Below are positions 8,703 through 18,248 of a stretch of DNA of 64,000 nucleotides, piece after piece. Below the pieces are notes generated by a model. The model was not told where the DNA came from and ran no database searches. It saw only the letters and a list, made by a program, of their open reading frames with translations. A program made the position numbers and the translations under genes. The stretch's first letter is position 1. Each line of letters starts with the position of its first letter. Source of the stretch: Candidatus Falkowbacteria bacterium GW2011_GWF2_43_32. Its GTDB lineage: Bacteria; Patescibacteriota; Patescibacteriia; Patescibacteriales; UBA12465. The DNA lies in contig LCGL01000001.1 in the NCBI GenBank assembly GCA_000999715.1, forward strand, positions 259,139 through 323,138. The letters are read 5' to 3'.

Positions 8703-9719
8703 TCAAACATTATTGATCACTTTCCAGCCGGTGTCGGTTTTCTGCAAACGACCGGCCAAAGAAAATCCGGCCGCTTTCTTGTGTCCGCCCCCGCCCCACT
8801 TTTGAGCGATTTTGGCGACATCGATTTTCTCGTCATTCGTTCGCAAACTGCCCTTCACCCGATCATTCTCTTCCCGCAAAAACAAAGCGACCCGCACTCC
8901 GGACAAAGAACTTAAAAAAGAAACGATATCGCCGAAAAGATCGGCGTCAAGCTCGGCATTGCCCGGCGATAACAAGGTTTTTATTTCCGCGGACGTTAAC
9001 GCGGAAACGGCCAATCCGGTGTCTTCGTTCAAGCACAAATTCTCCAAAGCGCGTCCCCAAATTTTCAAAGAAGAAAAACTTTTGTTGTGCACCGTATTGT
9101 TGACGATTTTCGGCAAAGAGGCGCCGCGCAATAACATTTCCGAGGCGATCGCCATAGCTTCGCGCGAAGCGTTGGCGTGCAAAAAATGTCCGGTGTCGGT
9201 CATCAGACCGATTAAAATGCAATGCGCCAGCGTTTTGCTTATCTCCAAACCGTTTACTTTTAAAAAATTATAAATAATTTCCGTCGTGGACGCTTTATTT
9301 GACAAGCGAATTTCCAAATCGGCATAGGTCTCACTCGGCTCATGATGATCAAATTCCATCAGATAGGGGCGCCGGGCGATATGACCGTCTTGCTCGGCTT
9401 TAATCAAAGCCCGCAATCGTTTTTCCAGTCCGGTACGAGCGATTGAACCGCAATCCAGGATTAAAATCAAATCAAAAACTTTCAAGTCAACGGGTTCCGC
9501 GGTTGAAACCAGATTATTCCGAGGAATAAAATCATAATAATTATCCGGTTTTTGTCCGGCATAAGCGGAAACTTCCGCCCCGAAACCATCGGCGATTTCC
9601 GCCATCGCACTGATTGAGGCTAGCGCATCGGCGTCCGGCGACACGTGGCCGACCAATAAAACGCGTTTCGCCAACTTTATTCTGGTATAAGCTGTTTGTA
9701 GTTTTTCAGTAAAATTCAT
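8703..9719 (-). CDS. DHH/DHHA1 phosphoesterase (NrnA-like nanoRNase/pAp phosphatase)
   Basis: Motifs GHVSPDADALAS, DHH (EFDHHEP), LMTDTGHF and GGGHKKAAG. Confidence 0.8.
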   Translation of the reverse strand: MNFTEKLQTAYTRIKLAKRVLLVGHVSPDADALASISAMAEIADGFGAEVSAYAGQKPDNYYDFIPRNNLVSTAEPVDLKVFDLILILDCGSIARTGLEKRLRALIKAEQDGHIARRPYLMEFDHHEPSETYADLEIRLSNKASTTEIIYNFLKVNGLEISKTLAHCILIGLMTDTGHFLHANASREAMAIASEMLLRGASLPKIVNNTVHNKSFSSLKIWGRALENLCLNEDTGLAVSALTSAEIKTLLSPGNAELDADLFGDIVSFLSSLSGVRVALFLREENDRVKGSLRTNDEKIDVAKIAQKWGGGGHKKAAGFSLAGRLQKTDTGWKVINNV

Positions 9720-9809
9720 AACCTCTCATTCTACGGGAAAACCGAGAAAATGTCCAGATTTAAAAACAGGCCTCCCGGGCCTGATTTCGTCAATTCCTTT
9801 TCCGCCGAC

Positions 9810-10136
9810 TTATTCTATCTCGGCTATCAATCGTTCAATTTTATCCGCCTCTCTTTCCGTGGCGTCAAACTCCCAAATCAAATGCGGAATTTTTCGCAAT
9901 TTTAAGCGCGTTCTTAAAATCGCCGCCAAAGTTCCGGTGGCCGCCGTCAAGCGTCGCAAAGCCGTACCCGCAAATTTATCCGGCAAAACGGAAAAGCCGA
10001 CTTTCGCCCGTTTCAAATCCGAACTGCACTCCACGTAAGCGACGGTAAGCAAAGCATCGGGAATCGCCACTTCGCGATTGACCGCTTTAGCCAATTCTTC
10101 TAAAATCAATTCGTTTAAGCGCGGAATTTTGGACAT
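9810..10136 (-). CDS. rbfA: ribosome-binding factor A
   Basis: RbfA-like sequence directly downstream of infB. The start is moved to the ATG at 10136 (MSKIPRLNE), which removes the overlap with infB produced by the TTG at 10160. Confidence 0.85.
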   Translation of the reverse strand: MSKIPRLNELILEELAKAVNREVAIPDALLTVAYVECSSDLKRAKVGFSVLPDKFAGTALRRLTAATGTLAAILRTRLKLRKIPHLIWEFDATEREADKIERLIAEIE

Positions 10137-10143
10137 AAGCAAA

Positions 10144-12117
10144 TTAAACTTTATCGACAATTTTCTCTTCGCGATAAACTTCTAAAATATCGCCGACGGC
10201 CACAACCGGTTTTCCTTCATATTTGATTCCCGCTTCTTCGTCTTGATCAACCTGATCGACGTCCTGTTTACCGGACTGCAGACGGGTTAATTTGCCGGAA
10301 ACGACGAAATCGGTGCCGCGTTTCACGTCAATCAAACTGTCATTCTTAATGGCGCCGTCCAGTACTTTGCCGCCGATAATCTGACTGTTCGCTTCCGTGC
10401 GGAATACGGCCAAAACCTTGAGACGACCCAGTTCCACGCGATTGATTTCCGGTTTGATAAGTAACTGCATTTCCTCCTTGACGAATTTGATGAGATCGTA
10501 AATAACGGAAAAAGTTTTAACCGTCACTTGTCTTTCTCGCACCAAAGTTTCAATCGTCGGCGATATGCGAACATTAAAACCGAGAATCTTGGCGCCGGCA
10601 TCTTCGGCGCGTTTGACGTCGCCCTCCGTAATATAGCCCAAGCCTTTGCTGATTATTTTTACTTTGACCTTTTCGCCGTTCAATTTCAACAAAGACTCTT
10701 CAATCGCTTCCGCCGAACCGAGAAAATCGGTTTTAATGACCACATTGACTTTCGGCGTCCGATCTTCCGGACCGTCTTCCAATCCGGCCGGCAAAACATC
10801 GGCCGCTTGCGAACTGCTTTTGATTTTCTTGGTCTTCACTTTTTCTCCTTCACCGACATTCAAAATATCGCCGACCGCCGGAGAAATCTTCAATCCTAAA
10901 ATTTTCACGGGCACGGACGGTCCGGCCTGGCTCATTTCTTCTCCTTTATAATTTTTTAAAGCCTTAACCTTGCCATAAACGATGTCATTGAAACATAATT
11001 GATCGCCAACGCGCAAAGTGCCGTTTTGAACTAAAATTGTCGCCACCGGTCCGGCCGCTTTATCAACATTGGATTCCACGACCGTGCCGGCCGCCGCCGC
11101 TTCCGGATTAGCTTTCAAGCTCGCCGCTTCCGTATCGGCCACCAACAGCACCATGTCCAGCAATTCCTCTATCCCCGTGCCTTCCTTGGCGGAAACCGGC
11201 GCACAAATCGTTTTGCCGCCCCAATCTTCGGGGGTAATATTTAATTTTGAAGATAATTCTTGCTTAGTCTTATTGATATCCGCCGTCGGCTTATCAACCT
11301 TATTCATGGCCACGATAAAAGGAATTTTAGCCGCTTCAATAATACGAAAAGCTTCCACCGTCTGCGGCATCACACCGTCATCGGCGGCCACGACCAAAAT
11401 GGCGATATCGGCCACTTTGGCGCCGCGACTGCGCATCGCCGTAAAAGCTTCATGCCCGGGCGTATCGATAAAAGTAATGGTTCTTTCTTTACGAATAATC
11501 TGATAAGCGCCGATATGCTGGGTGATTCCGCCCGCTTCACCGGCGATAACATCAGTACTGCGGATAGAATCCAATAATTTCGTCTTACCATGATCAACGT
11601 GCCCCATAACAACAATTACCGGCGGACGCTCTTTCAAATCCGCAATCTGTTCTCCGGCCAAAATCGTTTCCAATTTTTTATTTTCCTTCTCATTTTCTTC
11701 TAATTTAACTTCGGCCGCCTGAACATCAAGATTCAGATTTTCTCCGATAATCGCCGCCGTATCAAAATCAATTTTTTCATTGATGGAGGTAAAAACTCCG
11801 TTTTTCATCAATTCCGCCAAAACGCGGTTAACCGGAATCCCGGCCAATTCGGCATAGGCGCGTACGCTGATGACTTTCGGCACGGCAATGGTTCTTTTCT
11901 CTTTCGGCAGAACCTCATCCTGTTTCTTGATTTCCGCGGCCAGCTTTTTTTGCTCCCATTGGCGACGCAAAAACGGCCAATCTTTAATAATTTTTTTGGC
12001 GGTATTGTTATCCACTTTAATCGCTTTTTGTCCGATCGCAAATCCGAGCTCCGGCAACAAATCGCGCAATTCCTGCGGATTGATTCTTAAAATTCTGGCT
12101 AGTTCGGTAATATTCAT
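10144..12117 (-). CDS. infB: translation initiation factor IF-2
   Basis: G-domain motifs GHVDHGKT, DTPGH and NKVD, plus IF-2 C-terminal domains. Confidence 0.95.
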   Translation of the reverse strand: MNITELARILRINPQELRDLLPELGFAIGQKAIKVDNNTAKKIIKDWPFLRRQWEQKKLAAEIKKQDEVLPKEKRTIAVPKVISVRAYAELAGIPVNRVLAELMKNGVFTSINEKIDFDTAAIIGENLNLDVQAAEVKLEENEKENKKLETILAGEQIADLKERPPVIVVMGHVDHGKTKLLDSIRSTDVIAGEAGGITQHIGAYQIIRKERTITFIDTPGHEAFTAMRSRGAKVADIAILVVAADDGVMPQTVEAFRIIEAAKIPFIVAMNKVDKPTADINKTKQELSSKLNITPEDWGGKTICAPVSAKEGTGIEELLDMVLLVADTEAASLKANPEAAAAGTVVESNVDKAAGPVATILVQNGTLRVGDQLCFNDIVYGKVKALKNYKGEEMSQAGPSVPVKILGLKISPAVGDILNVGEGEKVKTKKIKSSSQAADVLPAGLEDGPEDRTPKVNVVIKTDFLGSAEAIEESLLKLNGEKVKVKIISKGLGYITEGDVKRAEDAGAKILGFNVRISPTIETLVRERQVTVKTFSVIYDLIKFVKEEMQLLIKPEINRVELGRLKVLAVFRTEANSQIIGGKVLDGAIKNDSLIDVKRGTDFVVSGKLTRLQSGKQDVDQVDQDEEAGIKYEGKPVVAVGDILEVYREEKIVDKV

Positions 12118-12515
12118 AAATTTTATCTATTTTTTAATATTACTTTAATTTTTGAGTTTAGTCAACCAATAATTTCATACTATCTTATTTAATTTCTGTC
12201 AATATTTTCAAATCCAAATATTAATGCTAAGCTAAAGAAGTAAATTTTATAATTTATTAATCTAAAGTCTGTTTTTAGGGATTATTAGAGAAATTAACTG
12301 CCGCCTCGCCGTCAACTGACGAACTGTCCAGAAATTTATTTTTGAGCGCACAAATCTATGCTTTCCTTGGTTTTTCACTCTAGCTTAACTACAAAAAATC
12401 AAAAATCCACTAGCCCCTCTCTTAAATAAATCGCCTCTGAGGCGTACGGTTATTATTTTTCAAAATTTAATAGTTCCCTTGCCACCCCCAATCCCCAAAG
12501 ACAGGCTCCCTTAAT

Positions 12516-14039
12516 ATGGAATACCTAAACTATGTCTTGTATGTCGTCCTGGCCGCGGGTGGTTTTTTTATTGGTTTTGTCGCTTACAAAAAGAGTGCCG
12601 GCAAAAAAATCTCCAGCGCCAGCGAACGAGCGGAAAAATTGATCAACGAAGCAAAAATCAAAGAAAAGGATTTATTGCTGAAAGCGCAGGATAAAGCCCT
12701 GCACATCATTGAAGAGTCCAAAAAAGAAGAATCGGTCCGACGCAACGAAATGAATAACTTGCAAAAAAGACTGGAACAACGGGAGACCGCTTTTTCTCAA
12801 AAACTTTTGGATTTGCAAGAAAAACAACAAAAACTCTACGACAAGGTCAACGAAGTCCAAGAAATCAAAGAAAAAATAAAAAGCGTCAAAGAGGAACAAG
12901 AGGCTAAGTTGGAAAAAATTTCCAATTTGACTCGAGATGAGGCCAAACAGATCCTGTTGAAAGACGTGGAAGAAAAAAGCGCCGAAGATTTGATGATTCG
13001 CATCAAAAAATTGGAAAACGAAGCCGAAGATAATATTAACGATAAAGCGAAGGACATGATGGCCTTGGCCATGCAACGCTTGGTCTCCGGTTATACGGTG
13101 GAGTTGACGACCACCACGGTCGATTTGCCCAATGACGAAATGAAAGGACGTATTATCGGTCGCGAAGGTCGCAACATTAAAGCGATTGAACAAATGACCG
13201 GAGTGGAAATTATCGTTGACGATATGCCTAACGCCATCACCGTTTCCGGCTTCTCTTTGATTCGCCGCCATATCGCCAAAAAAACTTTGGATTATTTGAT
13301 AAAAGACGGACGCATCCATCCGACCAAGATTGAAGAAGCGGTGGAGAATGCCAAAAAAGATATTTCTTTGGACATCAAAAAAGCCGGCGAAGAAGCGATG
13401 TATGAAGTCGGCGTCACCGGTTTTGACCCGAAATTGGTGCAAATTTTAGGACGTCTAAAATACCGCACCAGTTACGGCCAAAACGCTTTGCGCCATTCCA
13501 TTGAAGTCGCTCATCTGGCCGCCATGTTGGCCGAAGAATTGGGCGCGGACGTCACTCTGGCCAAAAAAGGCGGTCTCTTGCACGACATCGGCAAAGCGGT
13601 TGATCATGAAGTCCAAGGCAATCATACCGAAATCGGTCGCGATATCGCCAAAAAATTCAATTTGCCGCCGGAAATAATCGCGCCGATCGCCACGCATCAC
13701 GATGACCAGCCGGCTTCCTTGATTTCCGTTATCGTTAAAGTTGCCGACGCCATTTCTTCCGCTCGTCCCGGAGCGCGCAAAGACAGCTATGAAAACTACT
13801 TACAGCGCCTGGAAGAGCTGGAAAAGATCGCTTTAACCTTTGAAGGCGTGGAAAAAACCTACGCCATCCAGGCCGGACGCGAAATCAGAGTCTTTGTCCA
13901 ACCGGAAGCGATTAACGATCTGCAGACTCATAATTTGGCTAGAGATATTGCAAAAAAGATAGAAAATGAGTTAAAATACCCAGGAGAGATAAAAGTCAAC
14001 GTTATCCGGGAAATGCGGGTAACCGAATACGCCCGTTAA
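12516..14039 (+). CDS. rny: ribonuclease Y
   Basis: N-terminal TM helix, coiled coil, KH domain (GRIIGREGRNIKAIE) and HD domain (LLHDIGKA ... HH). Confidence 0.95.
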   Translation: MEYLNYVLYVVLAAGGFFIGFVAYKKSAGKKISSASERAEKLINEAKIKEKDLLLKAQDKALHIIEESKKEESVRRNEMNNLQKRLEQRETAFSQKLLDLQEKQQKLYDKVNEVQEIKEKIKSVKEEQEAKLEKISNLTRDEAKQILLKDVEEKSAEDLMIRIKKLENEAEDNINDKAKDMMALAMQRLVSGYTVELTTTTVDLPNDEMKGRIIGREGRNIKAIEQMTGVEIIVDDMPNAITVSGFSLIRRHIAKKTLDYLIKDGRIHPTKIEEAVENAKKDISLDIKKAGEEAMYEVGVTGFDPKLVQILGRLKYRTSYGQNALRHSIEVAHLAAMLAEELGADVTLAKKGGLLHDIGKAVDHEVQGNHTEIGRDIAKKFNLPPEIIAPIATHHDDQPASLISVIVKVADAISSARPGARKDSYENYLQRLEELEKIALTFEGVEKTYAIQAGREIRVFVQPEAINDLQTHNLARDIAKKIENELKYPGEIKVNVIREMRVTEYAR

Positions 14040-14110
14040 GCCGAAAAACGTTTAACATCTTTCCCCCCTGCGCCTGACAACTTTTTATTAAACTAAGCAT
14101 TAATAAACAT

Positions 14111-14398
14111 ATGAACAAAGCGCAACTCATCGACAAAATTAATCATGATGTCGAGGGCTTGAACAAGAAACAAGCCGAAAAGATGATTGATGTCTTGACT
14201 GACACGATCATTGAGGAACTCAAAGCCGATCGCGAAGTGACTATCGCCGGCTTTGGCACTTTCTTGTCCCGGGTTCGTTATTCTCGCGGCGGCGTCAATC
14301 CGCAAAAACCGAACGAGCGAATTACGATCCCGGCCGTGAAAGTTGCGAAGTTTAAAACCGGCTATCACTTGAAACAGGCCCTTAAGGGAAAGCGATAG
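14111..14398 (+). CDS. hup: HU/IHF-family DNA-binding protein
   Basis: 95 aa. The pattern MNKAQLIDKI ... GFGTF ... NPQKP ... KFK is typical of HU. Confidence 0.9.
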   Translation: MNKAQLIDKINHDVEGLNKKQAEKMIDVLTDTIIEELKADREVTIAGFGTFLSRVRYSRGGVNPQKPNERITIPAVKVAKFKTGYHLKQALKGKR

Positions 14399-14483
14399 AA
14401 TCGATGCCCATAAGGACAGTCCCCCAACCTTAATTGAAGGGCGTATTATTTGTGTTCGGAAACCGACCTGACGATAATTAAGA

Positions 14484-14557
14484 GCGCCCGTAGCTCAACT
14501 GGATAGAGTACTTGGCTTCGGACCAAGGGGTTGCAGGTTCAAATCCTGCCGGGCGCA
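14484..14557 (+). tRNA. tRNA-Arg (UCG)
   Basis: Acceptor GCGCCCG/CGGGCGC, anticodon stem CTTGG/CCAAG with loop CTTCGGA, T arm GCAGG-TTCAAAT-CCTGC. Confidence 0.85.
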
Positions 14558-14561
14558 CATT

Positions 14562-14635
14562 GGCTGGGTAGCTCAGTTGGTTAGAGCGTAGCACTCATAA
14601 CGCTAAGGTCGCGGGTTCGATTCCCGCCCCCGCCA
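14562..14635 (+). tRNA. tRNA with CAU anticodon (elongator Met or lysidine-dependent Ile2)
   Basis: D and T arms are canonical and the anticodon loop is CTCATAA. The acceptor GGCTGGG/CCCCGCC carries a U4/C69 mismatch, and the anticodon stem carries an A31/C39 mismatch. Confidence 0.7.
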
Positions 14636-14669
14636 CATTCATTAATGGCGCCCTCACGGTCGCTAAAAG

Positions 14670-14742
14670 GCCTCGTTAGCTCAGTTGGTAGAGCAGCTCC
14701 CTCTTAAGGAGATGGTCGCAGGTTCGAATCCTGCACGGGGCA
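14670..14742 (+). tRNA. tRNA-Lys (CUU)
   Basis: Acceptor GCCTCGT/ACGGGGC (one G-U pair), anticodon loop CTCTTAA, T arm GCAGG-TTCGAAT-CCTGC. Confidence 0.85.
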
Positions 14743-14747
14743 CGAAT

Positions 14748-15347
14748 ATGTTAAATCTAATTATCTTTGGCCCTCCCGGATCCGGCAAAGGAACTCAGGC
14801 GGCGCTAATCGCTAAAAAATATAAACTTGCCCATTTATCCAGCGGGGATATTTTGCGCCAAGAATTAAAAAACGGTTCCTTGGGGGCGAGCATCAAAAAA
14901 TATCAAGAAACCGGCCGACTGGTTCCCGACAATATCATTATCGCCATGATGGAGGCGACCGCCGTTCGCAAGTTAAAAACCAAAGGTTTGGTTTTTGACG
15001 GTTATCCGCGCAATCTGCGTCAAGCTCGACAGCTGGATCGCTTTCTTAAGAAACAACGAACCGCTTTGACTCTGGTGTTAAATTTGAAATTAAGCGAACA
15101 GGACGCTCAAAAACGCATTATCAACCGCGGCAAAACTTCCGGACGCAATGACGACAACCTTAAAACCATTCGCACCCGTTTTCAAATATACCGCGCCCAA
15201 ACGGAACCGATTTTAAAGTATTACCAAGCTCAAAAAAAGATAATCGCCGTTGACGGACGTCCGTCCATCCAAAAAGTAACTCAAAACATTACCGATATTT
15301 TAAAAAAACAACAATCGACGGATATAAAAAAGGGGGCTAAAAAATAG
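14748..15347 (+). CDS. adk: adenylate kinase (short-lid type)
   Basis: P-loop GPPGSGKGTQ. The start is set at the ATG at 14748 (MLNLIIFGPP), because the longer ORF from 14685 lies inside tRNA-Lys. Confidence 0.9.
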   Translation: MLNLIIFGPPGSGKGTQAALIAKKYKLAHLSSGDILRQELKNGSLGASIKKYQETGRLVPDNIIIAMMEATAVRKLKTKGLVFDGYPRNLRQARQLDRFLKKQRTALTLVLNLKLSEQDAQKRIINRGKTSGRNDDNLKTIRTRFQIYRAQTEPILKYYQAQKKIIAVDGRPSIQKVTQNITDILKKQQSTDIKKGAKK

Positions 15348-15359
15348 CTCCCTTTTTTT
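15326..15359. terminator. bidirectional terminator overlapping the adk stop codon
   Basis: Stem GGGGGCT/AGCTCCC with an A run before and TTTTTTT after. The adk TAG sits in the 3' arm. Confidence 0.6.
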
Positions 15360-15369
15360 AACGATTACT

Positions 15370-15612
15370 CTAGCGTTTGGCGGCACCCCAGGCACCGATG
15401 TTCATCATATGAGAATTTTTTTTCTCATCGCTTTGAGCGCGAGCGGTTTGTTCTATAACCGTTCCGTCCGCGTCCGTTGCCGGCGCGTCGCTCTTGTCCG
15501 CAAAACGTGTTTCTTCGTTAAAAACTCCTGATGAATTTTCGCTGAAATCTTCATCAAAATACCTTCCCCGATGCTCGGGGAACACTGATTCGACCATAGA
15601 CTTTTTTTTCAT
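15370..15612 (-). CDS. hypothetical protein (80 aa, acidic)
   Basis: ORF only. No recognisable motif. Confidence 0.35.
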   Translation of the reverse strand: MKKKSMVESVFPEHRGRYFDEDFSENSSGVFNEETRFADKSDAPATDADGTVIEQTARAQSDEKKNSHMMNIGAWGAAKR

Positions 15613-15659
15613 CTTGATTTGAGATTTGGTTTATGAATTAAAAGAACTGCTTTATTAAC

Positions 15660-15687
15660 AAAGACCGAGCCTTAAGGCTCGGTCTTT
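15660..15687. terminator. perfect 12-bp palindromic hairpin
   Basis: AAAGACCGAGCC-TTAA-GGCTCGGTCTTT, located downstream of the pyrH-like/recA unit on the minus strand. There is no long U tract beyond the stem. Confidence 0.4.
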
Positions 15688-15845
15688 AATTTGCTTGATT
15701 TATTATAATCTGATATTAAATATTTTGCGCAAATAAAGACCGGCCTTTCAAAAAGCCCCAAATAATAATATAGGATGTCTTTATTTGTAAATTTCTCATA
15801 TCTAAGGGTTAATGATAGCAAGACGTTCAAAAACCGTCAAGCGTT

Positions 15846-16532
15846 TCACTCGCCAATCCGGGTGCCGACGTATTTTTTACCGGCCAGACAGGCGGATAAA
15901 TTTTTTATTTTCTTTCCGTTGATCACCACGACTTTCAATCCCTTCTCGGCCGCCAATCGCGCCGCGATCGGATCAAAAGGAGCATTAAGACCGGGCCGCC
16001 ATTTATGGCCGACTATCTTCCGAAACTCCGGCCAAGAAATCGCCTCTATCCGGCGCGCCGCGGAAAATCGACGCGGATCTTTATCGTAAACATAATCAAT
16101 ATTTGACAGATTAACGACGGTTTCTATTTTGTACTTTTGCGCCAACAACACCGCGACATAATCCGTTGATCGACCGGGTTGATAACCGGCGACAATAATA
16201 ATTTTCTTGGCGGTTTTCACGGGCTTGGTCGGATCAAAAATAATATTCGGATAGGCCGCCGGTCCAAAAACGGCGCGCACCAACTCGGCATTCAATCGCG
16301 TCGCGGCGATGCCGACCCAATCCTGATCGCTCCGTAAAATCTTCGCGGTGGCCGTGGCGGCCGCAATATAATTTCTGGCGGTCGCTCCGCCGCCGATCAC
16401 CAAATAAAATTTATCGCCCCGTTTGCTCCGACCGAGAATAAAAGCGCAAAACTTTTTTAAAAAGTCCGCTTCAATTTCTTTCTCGGTAACCAAAAGCGAG
16501 CCACCGACCGACAGCACGAAAGATTTAGCCAT
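15846..16532 (-). CDS. amino-acid-kinase family protein, archaeal-type UMP kinase-like
   Basis: 228 aa. Motifs VLSVGGSLL and VIGGGATARNYI. The length and pattern resemble the short archaeal-type PyrH rather than bacterial PyrH. Confidence 0.65.
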   Translation of the reverse strand: MAKSFVLSVGGSLLVTEKEIEADFLKKFCAFILGRSKRGDKFYLVIGGGATARNYIAAATATAKILRSDQDWVGIAATRLNAELVRAVFGPAAYPNIIFDPTKPVKTAKKIIIVAGYQPGRSTDYVAVLLAQKYKIETVVNLSNIDYVYDKDPRRFSAARRIEAISWPEFRKIVGHKWRPGLNAPFDPIAARLAAEKGLKVVVINGKKIKNLSACLAGKKYVGTRIGE

Positions 16533-16537
16533 ATTGA

Positions 16538-17590
16538 TTATTTACTTTCTTCTATCTCTTTGCTTTTAATCTCCGCCAAAATCGCTCGCCTGATATCCGC
16601 CATCATTTTCTTATTGTCTTTGATGGTTTTTTTGGCCGCTTCCCGACCGAGGCCCAATTTAGTTTCGCCGAAAGAAAAGGAGTTGCCGCTCTTTTTGATC
16701 ACTTCGCATTCCACGCCCAAATCCACCAAATCGCCGGCCACGGAAATGCCTTCATTATACATAATGTCAAATTCACAAGTGCGAAACGGCGCGGCCACTT
16801 TATTTTTCACGATTTTCACCTTGACGCGATTGCCGATGATTTTTTCGCCTTGCTTAATCTGAGCGGCGCGCCTCACCTCTACGCGCATCGAGCAATAAAA
16901 TTTCAAAGCATTGCCGCCGGTCGTGGTTTCCGGATTACCGAAAAAAACGCCAATCTTATTTCTGATCTGGTTGATGAAAATAACCACCGTTTTTGTCTTG
17001 GCGATGATGGCCGTTAATTTTCTCAGAGCCTGACTCATCAAGCGCGCTTGCAAGCCCATATGTTGATCACCCATTTCCCCCTCAATTTCTTTCTGCGGCA
17101 CCAAAGCGGCCACGCTGTCCACAACAATCACGTCAACGGCATTGGAGCGCACCAAGGTTTCCACGATTTCCAGCGCTTGCTCGCCGCTGTCCGGTTGGGA
17201 CAACAACATTTCTTTGATGTTTACGCCTATCTTGGCGGCATATTCCGGATCCAAGGCATGCTCGGCGTCAACGAAAGCGGCAATGCCGCCGGTTTTTTGC
17301 ACTTCGGCGACAATATGTTGCGCTAAAGTCGTTTTGCCGGAAGATTCCGGACCATAAACTTCAATCACTCGGCCGCGCGGTACGCCGCCCACGCCGGTGG
17401 CGATATCCAAGGATAAACAACCGGTGGAAATGGCGTCCACATTGGTTTTCGGTAAATCACCGAATTTCATAATCGCCCCTTCGCCGAAACGAGTCTTAAT
17501 TTGCTCAATGGCGTTTAAGGCCGCCCCTTCGCGCTTATCCTTGTCTCCGCTTTTTTCGGAGACACTTTTCTTTTCCTTTTCCTGTCTCAT
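16538..17590 (-). CDS. recA: recombinase RecA
   Basis: Motifs [19 protein letters not shown] and FINQIR, with full-length RecA collinearity. Confidence 0.97.
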   Translation of the reverse strand: MRQEKEKKSVSEKSGDKDKREGAALNAIEQIKTRFGEGAIMKFGDLPKTNVDAISTGCLSLDIATGVGGVPRGRVIEVYGPESSGKTTLAQHIVAEVQKTGGIAAFVDAEHALDPEYAAKIGVNIKEMLLSQPDSGEQALEIVETLVRSNAVDVIVVDSVAALVPQKEIEGEMGDQHMGLQARLMSQALRKLTAIIAKTKTVVIFINQIRNKIGVFFGNPETTTGGNALKFYCSMRVEVRRAAQIKQGEKIIGNRVKVKIVKNKVAAPFRTCEFDIMYNEGISVAGDLVDLGVECEVIKKSGNSFSFGETKLGLGREAAKKTIKDNKKMMADIRRAILAEIKSKEIEESK

Positions 17591-17736
17591 ATAGATTGAT
17601 TAATAAATTAATAATTTTTATTATAGCATAAACTCCCTGAAATAACCGCTAAAAAATGATAAACTAACGATAATTTTTTATTAAAACGAATCTGACACTC
17701 TCAAGCGATTTTAACGCAAATTACCTGATGTTTTCG

Positions 17737-18243
17737 CTAATTTTGAGAAAACAACCCTAAAGACCGAAACGGCAGAAGCAATTTATGTTCTCGCCCGTCT
17801 TTTCTTCGCAAAATTATTTCACCGCCGTCATCAGTTTTTTGCCAGTCCAAATAAGCACTCGGATTGTCGGAATCATAATTAATTTCCTCGGTTTCGGCGC
17901 TGTTTTCCCATTCCGTTTTGATTTTCTCTATCAAGCGCGACCAAAATCCGTCCTCCTCTGCAACGGATACCTCCGCATCGGCCAACATGTCTTCCACGAA
18001 TTCTCCGCTAACCGGTTCTTCCAAGCCCAAATCAACCAAGCTCTGCGCTACTCCGAAAATTGTCCCCAAGACCATGTTTACTTGTTTATAAACAAGGCTT
18101 TGCTGTCTTTCCGCTCGTTGCGCTTCATCGCCGCCGTAAAGAATGGTCGCCACCGCCACCAAGACTAAAAAAATAACGACAGTCAAAACGCTTTTAATCG
18201 GACGCAATACCGACATAAATTTAAAAATAATTTTTAAAACCAA
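17737..18243 (-). CDS. hypothetical membrane-anchored protein
   Basis: ORF with a single N-terminal hydrophobic helix (VLTVVIFLVLVAVATILY) followed by an acidic domain. Confidence 0.45.
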   Translation of the reverse strand: MVLKIIFKFMSVLRPIKSVLTVVIFLVLVAVATILYGGDEAQRAERQQSLVYKQVNMVLGTIFGVAQSLVDLGLEEPVSGEFVEDMLADAEVSVAEEDGFWSRLIEKIKTEWENSAETEEINYDSDNPSAYLDWQKTDDGGEIILRRKDGREHKLLLPFRSLGLFSQN

Positions 18244-18248
18244 TCGTT

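Noticed and set aside
5055-13442. Long antisense ORFs inside large genes: 5055-5540 in pnp, 6201-6632 in pnp, 10528-11577 in infB and 12672-13442 in rny. The same applies to 53685-54245 in recQ and 56001-56531 in glyA.
   Set aside because: They lie opposite strongly supported conserved genes. Their compositions are biased (F/R/N/G-rich), no motifs are recognisable, and no promoters were seen.
14685-14747. The longer adk ORF starting at a TTG at 14685.
   Set aside because: Its first 21 codons are the 3' half of tRNA-Lys. The conserved adenylate kinase N-terminus begins at the ATG at 14748.
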